Source: a virus
Virus record (IMG/VR): IMGVR_UViG_3300011008_000186
Strand: one strand, 5' to 3'
Length of the DNA stretch: 64,000 bases
In this document: piece by piece, positions 40,796 to 51,920 of the stretch
Layout: every line of letters starts with the position of its first letter
Position numbering within the stretch: the first letter of the stretch is position 1
Notes under the pieces: generated by a model
What the model saw: the letters and a program-made list of their open reading frames with translations, nothing else
Databases searched by the model: none
What the model was told of the DNA's origin: nothing
Translations under genes and position numbers: made by a program

Positions 40796-43331
40796 CTCCC
40801 TCGACTCTTGTTATATCTATAGAAACTGGTATCACCATATCAAGATGGTTAAGATTGTAACTAAGTTTAATATTTGCCCAAAAGCCAATTCCGGAAGGTT
40901 CTCTTACATAAACATCGCCCATATAGTTCATAAGCGCACGTATTTTAGCAAGAGTTTCTGTATCGCTTTTAACAACATCAGTACTCCACGATGTAGTTTC
41001 GCCAAGTTGCGTTCCATAATAACTAACCGGATGCTGTCTTCCAACATACTCGACCAATGTAACATCCGGAGAATTACTACTGGAAATGTCTATGTTAAAT
41101 GGAAGCTTTAGTATCGATCCAGCATATGGATAATCTTCCGATCGCATACCTTCAGAATCGCTTTCGTAATAGTCAACCCAGTTCTCATCCCATTGAATTA
41201 CTATTGACTTATCGCCAAGATTAACATCATCTCCATTCGTGTCGAATATCTCGGACAAATAAAAATCAGTATAAGTCATAGATCCACTTAGTAACGACTT
41301 AGCAACCAGTCTGTAGCTTGCGTTATTTAATGCGGGATGAGGATCCACCACACTATGTGCTTCATCATTAGGAATGTTTTCACCGATAAGAGTAAATGTG
41401 CTGTCATAATTTCTTCTGTAAACAGCCATCACAACATCAGACGGAGCAGTATCGGAAGTATCATAAGCCCAAGGTCGTATAGACATGGTTAGAACTTCCG
41501 GATCGCCAGTAAAATCGGCACCAATTGAATATTCGTCGTCGTCAAGATGGACCCAGACTCCTATTGTTTTAGATACTTCGTTTGATGAGCTCATGATGAC
41601 GTTCATTGTAATGATGTATCTAATGTTATTTTGAAAGTCTGCATCAGTAGCGGTAATATTCTTGGTAAGAGAATAGACGGTACGACTGCTCGTCTGCGTT
41701 TCGATCGTTCCGGATTTGTCGATAAATGCTGAATACACAATGGAATCTTTAGGAACATATTGCTCACGTCCTAAATAATCTATTGTTGTATAGGGCATGT
41801 CGTTGGTCACGGTTATGTTATATGAGATTGGCTTTTGTGAATCCGTTACTGTTGTAATCATAGTAAGATCAATAGGAAATCTCACAATTTCATACATGTC
41901 TTCCTCGCCATAAGCATCGAGATTGGAAGTCGAAAACGAAAACGTAATCTTTCCATAAATCTCAATTGTGCCGGCAACAGAGAAATCGCTTCGATAATCT
42001 GTACCACTGCTTACAACACCCCAAGTAGCAAGAAACCATCTAAGCTTTCCGCCTTTTGCAAAATTTGCTGCCGTGAATTGTTTTATGCCGCTTGTAGAGT
42101 CGACGCTTGAAAATTTCTTGGTAACTCCGAACCATGTGTATTCGCCCGTGGCAGTATTAATAGTAAGATCACTAGTATCATCTATATGCTCAAGATCAGT
42201 AGTATTTTCAAGAGGCAATGTACCGCTTATAGACGTTCCGTCTTTGAAAGTTAATGCGAGATACACCGAAGCTCGTGTCTGACTTGATCCATCAGTAGCA
42301 TTATGCACCCAATACAAATGAATGCTTTCACCAACCTGCATGGCGGTTCTCGAAGACCAGGCAGTCGGAGCAGCTGGTTTACTGCCAAGAACAATAGACA
42401 TAACACTTGAATAAGCGCTAATACCAGTCGAATTGACAGCTGCTACTCGAACAAAGTATCTTTTGCCTGTTTCTAAACCGCTTCTTAAAAATAAGTACAG
42501 ATTAGTATTGTTATCCGTTTCCTGGGATGAAATATAATCTGTAGCATTATCGTCAAAGTATTGCTGAGATGTAGCATACTCAACGCGATACTTTTCCGGA
42601 GGAACACCATCCGAAGCACTCCACTCTACATAGATTGTTGTAGGATTAACTGTTTCCTGATCGGCATAAGCTTGGACTTTCTTAAGCGCAACTGCCTTGG
42701 GAACCGAATAAAACGCATCGGAGAATTCACTGTAATCACTCCATACGCCGCTTTTCTTTCGCGCTCTAGCCCTGACTTTGTATTCTCGTCCGGGTATTAA
42801 GGTTAAAGTAAATGAACAACTTCTTGTAGTGCTTACAGCAACAATTTCTGAACTGCATTTGGTTGTATTACTATGGAAAGTCTGAAAATTAACGTAGTCA
42901 GTATCCGAATTAATATTAGTTAAAGTATAAGTAGCAGTCCCATCAGCATTAATAGTAACAGATGGGACGTCTGGAATTGTAGGGATTGCGGCATTTTGAA
43001 TGTTGAAAGATGCCGATACCCACTCATATTGGTATAAGTCTTTACCATTATTATCTTGTTTAGGAACGGGGGCAACTGTAACTCTAACTGAAATGGCTTC
43101 TTCGGGATAAGAATAGGTAAATACCTTTGCAGCACCGACATCGATCGTCTGCTCTTCGTATCCCATTTCTTGTCCATCTGGACGAGTATACCACCAGTGA
43201 GCTTTCAGCTGATCAGTTTTGCTATTATTCGAAGAATTCCAACTAAATTTAGCTAGTAGTTGCCCCTCATTATACTGGTCAGGGGAGATGCTCAAACCAG
43301 TAACTTTTACTTTTGTAGACACATTAGCCAT
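40788..43331 (-). CDS. Distal-tail (Dit-like) protein enlarged with FN3-like repeats
   Basis: 847 aa directly downstream of the tape measure. FN3-like segments (KVRARARKKSGVWSDYSEFS). Confidence 0.5.
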   Translation of the reverse strand: MANVSTKVKVTGLSISPDQYNEGQLLAKFSWNSSNNSKTDQLKAHWWYTRPDGQEMGYEEQTIDVGAAKVFTYSYPEEAISVRVTVAPVPKQDNNGKDLYQYEWVSASFNIQNAAIPTIPDVPSVTINADGTATYTLTNINSDTDYVNFQTFHSNTTKCSSEIVAVSTTRSCSFTLTLIPGREYKVRARARKKSGVWSDYSEFSDAFYSVPKAVALKKVQAYADQETVNPTTIYVEWSASDGVPPEKYRVEYATSQQYFDDNATDYISSQETDNNTNLYLFLRSGLETGKRYFVRVAAVNSTGISAYSSVMSIVLGSKPAAPTAWSSRTAMQVGESIHLYWVHNATDGSSQTRASVYLALTFKDGTSISGTLPLENTTDLEHIDDTSDLTINTATGEYTWFGVTKKFSSVDSTSGIKQFTAANFAKGGKLRWFLATWGVVSSGTDYRSDFSVAGTIEIYGKITFSFSTSNLDAYGEEDMYEIVRFPIDLTMITTVTDSQKPISYNITVTNDMPYTTIDYLGREQYVPKDSIVYSAFIDKSGTIETQTSSRTVYSLTKNITATDADFQNNIRYIITMNVIMSSSNEVSKTIGVWVHLDDDEYSIGADFTGDPEVLTMSIRPWAYDTSDTAPSDVVMAVYRRNYDSTFTLIGENIPNDEAHSVVDPHPALNNASYRLVAKSLLSGSMTYTDFYLSEIFDTNGDDVNLGDKSIVIQWDENWVDYYESDSEGMRSEDYPYAGSILKLPFNIDISSSNSPDVTLVEYVGRQHPVSYYGTQLGETTSWSTDVVKSDTETLAKIRALMNYMGDVYVREPSGIGFWANIKLSYNLNHLDMVIPVSIDITRVEGGA

Positions 43332-43337
43332 AGATTA

Positions 43338-46300
43338 TCACATCCTCCCTTCCACAGTAATTGCGCCTATGAGCGCTGATATAGCATTTGAAACCGTGCT
43401 ACCATCGTCATAGGTTATTCCGTTAACGTTATAAGTATTTGTAGGATTGCTAGTTATAGTACGTTTAAGATCATTTATTGCAGAAACAAGCTGACTATCG
43501 CCAGTATTTCTTATACCGGATTGAACATTAGAGCTCAATGCATAAGACATTCCACTTCCTATTGCCATTCCGCTGTACATTCGATTAACCTCGGAAATAC
43601 CGCTTCGAATATTACTTGAATCAAACACGGGTCGAATAACCGGTTGCATATCCATATCGCTGTCCATCATAGACATTATCTTGTCTACAGATTTAGACAT
43701 GATCGCGATAGACTCTGAACCAAGTTTATCGCCAGCGTTGCGTATAACCTGAATATTGTCGAGCATACCATTAGCGTAGCCGACATCATTATACATGCCG
43801 AGACGTGAAAATTCTTTCGAAGGTGACTGAGTCAGAGTGGCTCTGGCTGTTGCATCTAAGGCCGTTTTACCAAGTTGATAAGCTGCATTATATACATCTT
43901 GATTTTTGGATTTCATGCCTTCGATATAACCATTAACATTATACTTACCGAGCTGAATCCACCGGAACTGAAGATTCTGTAACGCTTTGACTCCATCGGA
44001 CACAAGAGCGAACAGCGCAGTCTCGAAATCTGTTTTTCCGTCTTTAAATGCATTACAAAAATCTTCAATACTTGTTGTTGCAACTTCCCTTAAAATATCA
44101 GGAAAGTTTGTTGCTCCTTTGTACTCTTGCTGAGAAATGTATACTAATGTGTTTGTAATGCTACGAAATTCGGATAATGCGGTTTCGATTTTATCTTTAT
44201 CCATATCTTTAATGTCAAGATAAAATATCCGATATGCTGTTCCGAAATCTGCTAAACGATCACCAAGATCTTTAAATTCTTTACCAGGATCTTTATTTTC
44301 TTTAAAAATTGAGTTTTCAGAGGATACAACCGTATTAGCCGAACTTAATGCCTGTTCTACGTTTGTAGTATCAGCGCCAGAAACACTATTGACAAACGAT
44401 TTGAAATTGCTGCCATAGTTCTTTAAATTATTTCCAATGGTTTTGAGAATTGACAGATCATTATCGCAAACGATTGTTTTTACATCGGTTACCATTGTGG
44501 CGGCAGCCTTCACAGCATCTATACCCGCTTGAAAATCGACACCCGTTACCAATCCATTATAATCAATTAAACCTTGCCCAAGATCTTTTAGTTTCTTGCC
44601 AAATTGGCCAAAGTCCATCGTACTCTTTCCAAATAATTTTGAAAAGAAACTACCTTCTTCGGGAAGATTAATGTTGGCCAAAGCCACAATAACATCTGTA
44701 GCGTCTTTAGCGGCTTCAGTATCGATGTTACCTTTAGATATGATATTCGCAAAGCCAACTATACCATTCGCCAAATAAGGCATCTGCGCACCGAATGTTT
44801 CGAAGTCGATAGATCCGCCAAATATCTTTCCAATAAGTCCTTTATCGACTGGTATATCTTCGGCCAGTGCTGCGATAATTCCTGCCGCATCTGCCGCTGT
44901 ATCAACAGCATTAGGATCAACTTTACCAGTGACAGAACTTGAAAAGTCAGCGATTCCTTCGCCAAAGCTCTTAAGCTGATTTCCGAATTTGCCAAGATCC
45001 TTTGTTCCACCGAATAACCATCCAATGACGCCAGTACTATCAGGAATGTCCTTCGCCAACGTAGCCATTATCTCGCCAGCTAATGCTGCAACCTGTGCTG
45101 ATGTAGGATCGACTTTGCCCCGAACCGATTCAGAGAATTTAGCAATTCCGTCACCGAAGCTAGCTAATTGATCTCCGAATTCGCCAAGATCCTTTTTACC
45201 ACCAAATAGCCATCCTAAAACTCCAGAACTGTCAGGAATGTCTTTTGCTAATGCGGCCATCATCTCGCCAGCCTCGACAGCAATATTTACTGCATTAGGA
45301 TCGACTTTTCCTGATACTTTATCTGAAAACTTAGCTATTCCGGCACCAAAGTCAACTATTTGTCTGCTAAATTCAGAGAAATCTTTGGACCCTCCGAACA
45401 GCCAATCAAGAACACCAGAGCCTTCTGGAATGTCTTTTGCTAATGCTATCAATATTTCACCAGCTATAGCAGCAACAAGAACTGAAGCTAAATTAACTCT
45501 GCCTTTAACGATCTGCGAGAAATCAGCAATACCATTACCAAACGCAATTAATTTACTAGCCCATAAGTCCATTGCGGTTTTGCCAAATATCGAATCAATA
45601 AAGTTCGAACCAGTAGGCATGTCTTGAGATAATATTCTCGCCACTCCTGCGGCACAGGCCATTAGCAATAGAGCCGTGGCATTCAAACCACCGTCACGCA
45701 TTATATGATAAGCTTCAGTTATGGCCGTAATATACGCCTTTACTTTTTCTCCAAAGACGCCAATATCTGAAGTACCTATTAATTGTTCAAAGAATCCGCC
45801 AGTCAAAGGTATTGTCTGAGCCAGATCACTCATTGCGTGTCCAACATCGGCAGCCATTTTGAACATTGATACATCATCGTCGGATAGACCAAATGCTCTA
45901 AGCCCATTGACACTCATGTTGATAGCTCTAATATATGTTTTTACTTTCTCTCCGAAGTCACCTAAATCTTTTTCGCCAACGAGTTCCTGAACAATACCAC
46001 CAGTTCGAGGAATCGTCTCTGCTAAGTCGGACATAGCCTTGCCCATTGTCGCAGCACGATCGAACAATTCGACGTCCGTATCGGCAATATTCATGAATCT
46101 AAGACCCATGACAGAAAGATTGATCGCTCGTATATATGCTTGTACTTTATTACCAAAGTCGCCTATATCCTGCTCACCAATAATCTTCTGCAGCCATCCA
46201 CCCGATCGAGGAATTGATTTGGCTAATTCGGCCATTGCGGTACCCATAGCAGCTGCTCGATTGAACAATTCAACATCGGAATCTTGAAGACCAATAATTC

Positions 46301-49300
46301 TAATATAATTAGTACAGAGGCCGAGCGCAGCAATAAAGGCCATCATCTTCTTGCCGAAATCATCCATATCCTTTTCGCCGATGATATCCTGAAGAATACC
46401 GCCGGTTCGAGGAATGGCATTAGCAAAAGTGGCCATAGTTACAGCTGCATCCGCTGCCAATTGAGTTTTATTTAAATCATTCTCAGAGAGTACGCTTACA
46501 GCTGTTGTAAATCCAACAATTGCTGCTGCAAACGAAACCAAGTCGTTCGCAAGATCAGTAAATGAACGTCCTCCACCAAACGTAAGTAATGGATTATGAG
46601 CAAACGCGTCAATTAATTCTGCTACAGATAATGCAAGAAGAACTGCCACAAGGCATTCAACGCCCTTTATAGTACTATCATCGATGTTCTTTGCACCATT
46701 GATAAATGGCTGGAATGCATCCATGAACGCACTAAGAGCTGCGCCAATAGCAGGTAATGCTTCCATAGCAAATCCAGCAACCAAACCGCCAAAGAATTTG
46801 CCGATAGCTGTGGCCAAGGCACCGAGCAGATCACCTAACTGATTAACAGTATCTATGATCTGTGCCATGTCTGTTGCCCCGCCGGAAATAGCTTTGATGG
46901 CTTCGAATATGCCATACGTCGCGGCAATAATAACTCCAACTCCGGCTATCACTATGCCCATTGCAGCTATGCCATATAGTGCGCCAGTTATAGCACCGGC
47001 GCCAAAAGTATTACCTATTATAGTTAATACTGCAGTCATAGCAGTAAAAGCTAGAAGCGCCATGGTTAATGATATAGCAGCCTTTAGCAATTTACCCGAA
47101 TCAAACATCGTAAGAACACCGAGAATCGCTGCTATCGATGCCATAGCAAGGATCATTATGCCCAGGCTTACCAATGACTTTTGATATACTTCTCTATTTT
47201 TACCTAAGAAATATAACATTGCGCCAAATGCCACAAAGGCACCTGCCAGAATCCCAAGATTCTTTATGCCAATTCCTTTTATACATTCAGCTAATGCTAT
47301 AATTATTTCTTGAACAATCTTAAATACTTTTTCTACAATTTCCGGAGCGCGTTCGGTCAATTTATCCAATACCATAGAGATAATATCCATTACGAGATCA
47401 ATGATAGGACCAAGATTATCTCTAATCATCGTTAGACCGGATATAATTAAATTCAAAAGCGCATCGCCAATCTGAGGTATGTGTGCAACTAATGACCCAA
47501 GAAATGCTTCTATCAATCCGCTAATCAACGCTGCTGCACTCGACTTAAATGTATCTTTTGCCGCAGCTAACCCTTCAGCAATTGTTACTAATATTTTTGG
47601 AACTTTCCATGCTGATTCATATAAAATATCTATCGCTTTTGCAAATGCTAATAAACCGACGCCAGTGCCGGCTACCAAGATCCCCAAACCGGCCGCAGCC
47701 ATTCCGAATCCTTTTAGTCGCTCTTCAATTGCGCCCATTCCCTTAAGCGCAAATCCGATCCCGACCATTATGCTGGCAAATCCAGCTAAAGCCGCACCAG
47801 CTTTTAAAAGATCGTCCCAACTAACTAATGAAAAAGCTTTAACTATAATAACTAATGAGGACATTACGCCAACAAAAGCCAGCATAGGAAGCAAACTCTT
47901 CTTGGTATCGAGAGTGCCCATTACATGAGAAACTCCAGCCAATATTGACGAGAATGCCAATAAAGTAACAGCAAACTTACCAATTCCTTCCCAAGATATC
48001 TTAGCAATCTTTGTGGCGGCAAATGATACTAATACCATGGCTGCACCAAATGTCATTATAGCAAGTGCCGTCTCTCCAAGATTAGAGCCATCCACGAATT
48101 TCGAAAAGATTGCAAGCGAAACACCAAATCCAACTAATATTGCACCAAATTTGCCAAGATCAGGCCAACTAATTGTAGCTATTATTTTAGCTGCTATAGC
48201 AAACATATTCATGGTTAAACCGAAAGCCATAACTGTTCCAGCAACTTTTGCTAGATCTTGTTCTTTGTATTTTCCAAGCAAAATAACGATCATACCCATC
48301 GCAGCTAGCATAGCAAGTATAGCATCCAAACCTCTATACATCGATTCAGCATCTATCTTAGCAAGTATTTTTATTGAGAGTGATAAAATTAAAATCGATA
48401 CTGAAAGTGCTTCAAGTGCTTGGCCTATGGCTTTAGTCTTTTTGCCAAAAATATCTTTAACATTATCAGCATATAAGAACATTGCGGCCATTGCCGCCAT
48501 AAGTGCTGCGACAATTATGCCTAGTCCTTCAATACCTTGGATAAATTCTCTGGTGTTTAATTTACCTATTATATAAACAGCTCCGGCTATAATAGCGATA
48601 GCGGCAGCCACTTTCATTAAAGCCGAGCCGAGCATATTCATCTCGATGCCCGTAGCTATCTTATTTAAAAAATTGTTAACTCCATTTGCAAGGTTATTTA
48701 CTATATTCTCCCATTTAAACGTACTGTCTTCGCTTTTTTCTATTTTAATATTGACTTTATCGATAATCGCAAACAGCACGGCCAGACCAGTAAATATAAA
48801 ACCGAGAATGGCGATTGCTTCGTTTAATCGATCGCTATCGACCAAAGATAATGCAATAACCGAACCTGCTAAAATAGCTACCGCAACGGCTATCTTTTTA
48901 AGAATATCCGCTTTTATTGTATTTTGATATTCGGTGAGAACGCCTTGAAGACTCTTAAACGTATTAACAACGGCTTCAGTTATTGTACCGAGAGGTCCTG
49001 CTGCGCCTTTTTTCTTAATATCATTGATCAGATCAATAATCTTTAGTATTAATGCGAATGCGCCGCCTTCGACAAGAACCTGAGTAACGCTCTTTCCGCC
49101 CATATAAGTATTCCAAAAGTCTCTAAGATAATCGCTAATTTGCCCAAATAAATCTTTTATAAATCCCCAAACAACTTTCACTACGCTCCAAACTTTATCA
49201 ACAACTTTTTTAAAGTTTTCCCATGCTTTTGAAAGTTTTTCGAGAATTGTGACCCAATCTATATTCTTAATAGATTCTCCAAGATTATCAAAGAATGCTT

Positions 49301-51566
49301 TGATTTTCTTACCAGTCTCACTTTGTTCGATACTATCGTTTATTTTTTTCAGACTGTTGGAAACTCTTTGACCAAATGTTTCGACTCCGGTTTCTTTCTT
49401 TCCGAAAACTTTTGATATAGCATCTTTAATATTATTAAATGCTGTACCAATATTTGAACCGAAATTACGAACGACCGGCCAAACTTTATCTATGATTGAT
49501 TTGATGTGCTCAAGAACATCTGCGAAAGTTGACCAACCGCCACCTTTCTTTTTCATGGTATCGGTAACTTTGCCAAAGAAATCCCCAAAATCTTTAGATT
49601 CCTTAGTTAAATCAATAATAATATTTAACCATCGGGTAAATGCGTCTATTCCTTTATTAGCGCCTTCGCTTATCTTTTCTATACGTTCCCTTACTGGTGC
49701 TAGGAAATCATTTATTGCTTTAGCTGCATCTTTGAACCAAGTTACACTATCAAGCCAAGTATTAATTCGTTTTACTAAATTGCCGAAATGTTTTGTTATA
49801 TTTAATATAACATCAACAATCCCTTTAAATGCGGGACCTAAAGTATTATCAAATATAGCTTTAAGTATTTCTTTTAAACCTTTTGCTAATTTCCAAATAA
49901 CTGATAATGGACCGACAATAGCATAAGTTAAGCTTTTTATGTCATCCGCATGACTCTCGATAAATTCGGAGAACTGTTTCATCCTAGCTTGGAATCTGGT
50001 TGTTATATCAAATAAAAGTAGTGCTTGATCGGATGCCTCGCCAGCACCTTCTCCCATTTGATCATAAGCTTCGTATAGTACTTCCAAATAATCAGGAACT
50101 GTATTAAACTCTTCCTGATATGCGGCTTGAATTTCGAGAATCTTTCCCGAAAGCCGTTCCATAAAAGACTCAGAAGCTTCGCCGACTTTTTCGGTGGTAG
50201 CTAATATAGGGAAAATGTCTGAAAGCGCATTACTAACAGTATCCAAAAAGCTTTTAATCGCATCGCCAAGATAATAAAATGCACCTATATCCTGATCGAA
50301 TAAAAACTTTCTTCCACCAATATCTTTCCACTCAGCTATAGCGTCAGAAACAAACCATATAGGATCTACAAATATCTCATATAAATAATTGGCTAAATCT
50401 GTAAATAGTATTTTTGCTTCATCGTAGTTACCAATGATGGTTTTCCATACAAACATCCACCGAGAACTTGCGGCGTCGTTTACGGAGGCTATAGCTTCTT
50501 CCCATGTTTTGGCCTCTTGCGCGGCGACAGCTGCTGCTTTGGCAGCCTCAGTCCAGCCCCAATCTTCGCCACTCATCTCTTGCATGGTTTCGGCAAGCTG
50601 CTTAGCCTCGCCAAATGTCATACCAAATACGGTTTCCAAGTTCATGATATCATCCATGTACTTGCCAAATCCGTTAAGCGCCTTCATAATTACGTCGTTT
50701 GAAAGCCACTGGGAACTAAGTGTAGAAGCAAAATTCTTGGTGCTAACGTCGTCGAACTGTTTTTTTGCTTCGGTTACTGTTCGTAAGTATTCTACTCCGG
50801 TTTCTTCATCGACATATCTTTCAAGCGTGCCCAGTGCTTCGCCCGCTTCAATAAATGCTGAGGTCAAAGCCGTACCAGTCATCTTAGCAGTACTGAACCA
50901 TTTCCAGTTATTGTTTGCCAAGTATCCCTGCGCCATACCGCCAACCAGACCAGATAGAGCATGCTGTGCATTTCCGGCATTTACACCCATAAGAGCCGCT
51001 GCAGCATTGAAACCTTCCAACGCTCTAGTCGAATCAGACAAATCTAAATCATAAGTAGTGAATTTTGCAATAGCATCAACCATACTGCTATAATCATATG
51101 AGGTTTCATCAGCAAAAGTCATTAACTTAGCAAGATTGTGCTCAACTGTATCAAGATCATAACCGGCATTAACCATCATCTGAACTGATGAGATTTCCTG
51201 ATTATATTTGTTCCAGCCTTCTAGCATGTTATCTACACCGAGATTTTTAACTAGTTTCTCACCAAGTTCTTCTACTTTAGATCCTATAGTAGCAAAGACA
51301 CCGAATGCTACTGCTTGAAGTGCAGAGAATGAACTTGATACATGCTCTGCCTGATCGGTTATATTACTAAATGAAATGCCATTGACGGATCGTGTCAAAT
51401 CGGATAATGCAGCATTTACATTTTCTTCAGTACTGCTGACCGAGCCTTCAAGATTTTTTAGTGTTACTAAAGACTGAGCCACACCAGCCTCGAAGGAGGC
51501 ATTATCAAACTCAAGGATAACTATTCTTTTATCAGTACTACTCAAGATGAAACAACCTCCTCCCAC
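43338..51566 (-). CDS. Tape measure protein (2742 aa)
   Basis: Position after the chaperones. Long hydrophobic multi-helix core (~46880-48930). About 10-11 tandem ~64-aa modules (~44470-46620). The likely true start is TTG at 51545 after GGAGGAGG. Confidence 0.8.
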   Translation of the reverse strand: MGGGCFILSSTDKRIVILEFDNASFEAGVAQSLVTLKNLEGSVSSTEENVNAALSDLTRSVNGISFSNITDQAEHVSSSFSALQAVAFGVFATIGSKVEELGEKLVKNLGVDNMLEGWNKYNQEISSVQMMVNAGYDLDTVEHNLAKLMTFADETSYDYSSMVDAIAKFTTYDLDLSDSTRALEGFNAAAALMGVNAGNAQHALSGLVGGMAQGYLANNNWKWFSTAKMTGTALTSAFIEAGEALGTLERYVDEETGVEYLRTVTEAKKQFDDVSTKNFASTLSSQWLSNDVIMKALNGFGKYMDDIMNLETVFGMTFGEAKQLAETMQEMSGEDWGWTEAAKAAAVAAQEAKTWEEAIASVNDAASSRWMFVWKTIIGNYDEAKILFTDLANYLYEIFVDPIWFVSDAIAEWKDIGGRKFLFDQDIGAFYYLGDAIKSFLDTVSNALSDIFPILATTEKVGEASESFMERLSGKILEIQAAYQEEFNTVPDYLEVLYEAYDQMGEGAGEASDQALLLFDITTRFQARMKQFSEFIESHADDIKSLTYAIVGPLSVIWKLAKGLKEILKAIFDNTLGPAFKGIVDVILNITKHFGNLVKRINTWLDSVTWFKDAAKAINDFLAPVRERIEKISEGANKGIDAFTRWLNIIIDLTKESKDFGDFFGKVTDTMKKKGGGWSTFADVLEHIKSIIDKVWPVVRNFGSNIGTAFNNIKDAISKVFGKKETGVETFGQRVSNSLKKINDSIEQSETGKKIKAFFDNLGESIKNIDWVTILEKLSKAWENFKKVVDKVWSVVKVVWGFIKDLFGQISDYLRDFWNTYMGGKSVTQVLVEGGAFALILKIIDLINDIKKKGAAGPLGTITEAVVNTFKSLQGVLTEYQNTIKADILKKIAVAVAILAGSVIALSLVDSDRLNEAIAILGFIFTGLAVLFAIIDKVNIKIEKSEDSTFKWENIVNNLANGVNNFLNKIATGIEMNMLGSALMKVAAAIAIIAGAVYIIGKLNTREFIQGIEGLGIIVAALMAAMAAMFLYADNVKDIFGKKTKAIGQALEALSVSILILSLSIKILAKIDAESMYRGLDAILAMLAAMGMIVILLGKYKEQDLAKVAGTVMAFGLTMNMFAIAAKIIATISWPDLGKFGAILVGFGVSLAIFSKFVDGSNLGETALAIMTFGAAMVLVSFAATKIAKISWEGIGKFAVTLLAFSSILAGVSHVMGTLDTKKSLLPMLAFVGVMSSLVIIVKAFSLVSWDDLLKAGAALAGFASIMVGIGFALKGMGAIEERLKGFGMAAAGLGILVAGTGVGLLAFAKAIDILYESAWKVPKILVTIAEGLAAAKDTFKSSAAALISGLIEAFLGSLVAHIPQIGDALLNLIISGLTMIRDNLGPIIDLVMDIISMVLDKLTERAPEIVEKVFKIVQEIIIALAECIKGIGIKNLGILAGAFVAFGAMLYFLGKNREVYQKSLVSLGIMILAMASIAAILGVLTMFDSGKLLKAAISLTMALLAFTAMTAVLTIIGNTFGAGAITGALYGIAAMGIVIAGVGVIIAATYGIFEAIKAISGGATDMAQIIDTVNQLGDLLGALATAIGKFFGGLVAGFAMEALPAIGAALSAFMDAFQPFINGAKNIDDSTIKGVECLVAVLLALSVAELIDAFAHNPLLTFGGGRSFTDLANDLVSFAAAIVGFTTAVSVLSENDLNKTQLAADAAVTMATFANAIPRTGGILQDIIGEKDMDDFGKKMMAFIAALGLCTNYIRIIGLQDSDVELFNRAAAMGTAMAELAKSIPRSGGWLQKIIGEQDIGDFGNKVQAYIRAINLSVMGLRFMNIADTDVELFDRAATMGKAMSDLAETIPRTGGIVQELVGEKDLGDFGEKVKTYIRAINMSVNGLRAFGLSDDDVSMFKMAADVGHAMSDLAQTIPLTGGFFEQLIGTSDIGVFGEKVKAYITAITEAYHIMRDGGLNATALLLMACAAGVARILSQDMPTGSNFIDSIFGKTAMDLWASKLIAFGNGIADFSQIVKGRVNLASVLVAAIAGEILIALAKDIPEGSGVLDWLFGGSKDFSEFSRQIVDFGAGIAKFSDKVSGKVDPNAVNIAVEAGEMMAALAKDIPDSSGVLGWLFGGKKDLGEFGDQLASFGDGIAKFSESVRGKVDPTSAQVAALAGEIMATLAKDIPDSTGVIGWLFGGTKDLGKFGNQLKSFGEGIADFSSSVTGKVDPNAVDTAADAAGIIAALAEDIPVDKGLIGKIFGGSIDFETFGAQMPYLANGIVGFANIISKGNIDTEAAKDATDVIVALANINLPEEGSFFSKLFGKSTMDFGQFGKKLKDLGQGLIDYNGLVTGVDFQAGIDAVKAAATMVTDVKTIVCDNDLSILKTIGNNLKNYGSNFKSFVNSVSGADTTNVEQALSSANTVVSSENSIFKENKDPGKEFKDLGDRLADFGTAYRIFYLDIKDMDKDKIETALSEFRSITNTLVYISQQEYKGATNFPDILREVATTSIEDFCNAFKDGKTDFETALFALVSDGVKALQNLQFRWIQLGKYNVNGYIEGMKSKNQDVYNAAYQLGKTALDATARATLTQSPSKEFSRLGMYNDVGYANGMLDNIQVIRNAGDKLGSESIAIMSKSVDKIMSMMDSDMDMQPVIRPVFDSSNIRSGISEVNRMYSGMAIGSGMSYALSSNVQSGIRNTGDSQLVSAINDLKRTITSNPTNTYNVNGITYDDGSTVSNAISALIGAITVEGRM

Positions 51567-51910
51567 ATGGTGTTTACAAATTTATCAAAAATAGGTTGAA
51601 CAACAGGAGATATAAACTCTCGTCCTTCAACATATCCCCCGCTGCCGGTCACATGTCCCCAACGAAGCAATATAACGATTGGAACACCGTTTTCGGTGGC
51701 TTCGGTGTTAGTCCATGCTAGTTCGATGGCTTTTGGAGTTTCTGTAATTTCATAGGCCCAGGCGTCTGCTGTTTTTCCAGTATCTTTTGGTGTTTCGGAT
51801 TTCAAAGCTTCAAGACCTTCTCGACCGTAATCATTCAAAAGATCCTTAAAATCTCTCTTTGACATTTTTGTCAAAAATTTTGTTAGATTATTGAAATTAC
51901 CCTTACCCAC
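51542..51910 (-). CDS. HK97 gp10-like neck/tail component
   Basis: EALKSETPKDTGKTADAW resembles the gp10 family P.dTG.l motif. Confidence 0.45.
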   Translation of the reverse strand: MGKGNFNNLTKFLTKMSKRDFKDLLNDYGREGLEALKSETPKDTGKTADAWAYEITETPKAIELAWTNTEATENGVPIVILLRWGHVTGSGGYVEGREFISPVVQPIFDKFVNTMWEEVVSS

Positions 51911-51920
51911 AAAACCCCCA

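Noticed and set aside
35900-51100. Numerous plus-strand track ORFs inside the fibre and tape-measure genes, up to 206 aa (for example 47479-47928, 48013-48576, 50434-51054).
   Set aside because: These are antisense shadows of long minus-strand genes with biased composition. They have no SDs, and their low-complexity A/S/I/P-rich translations overlap well-supported genes.
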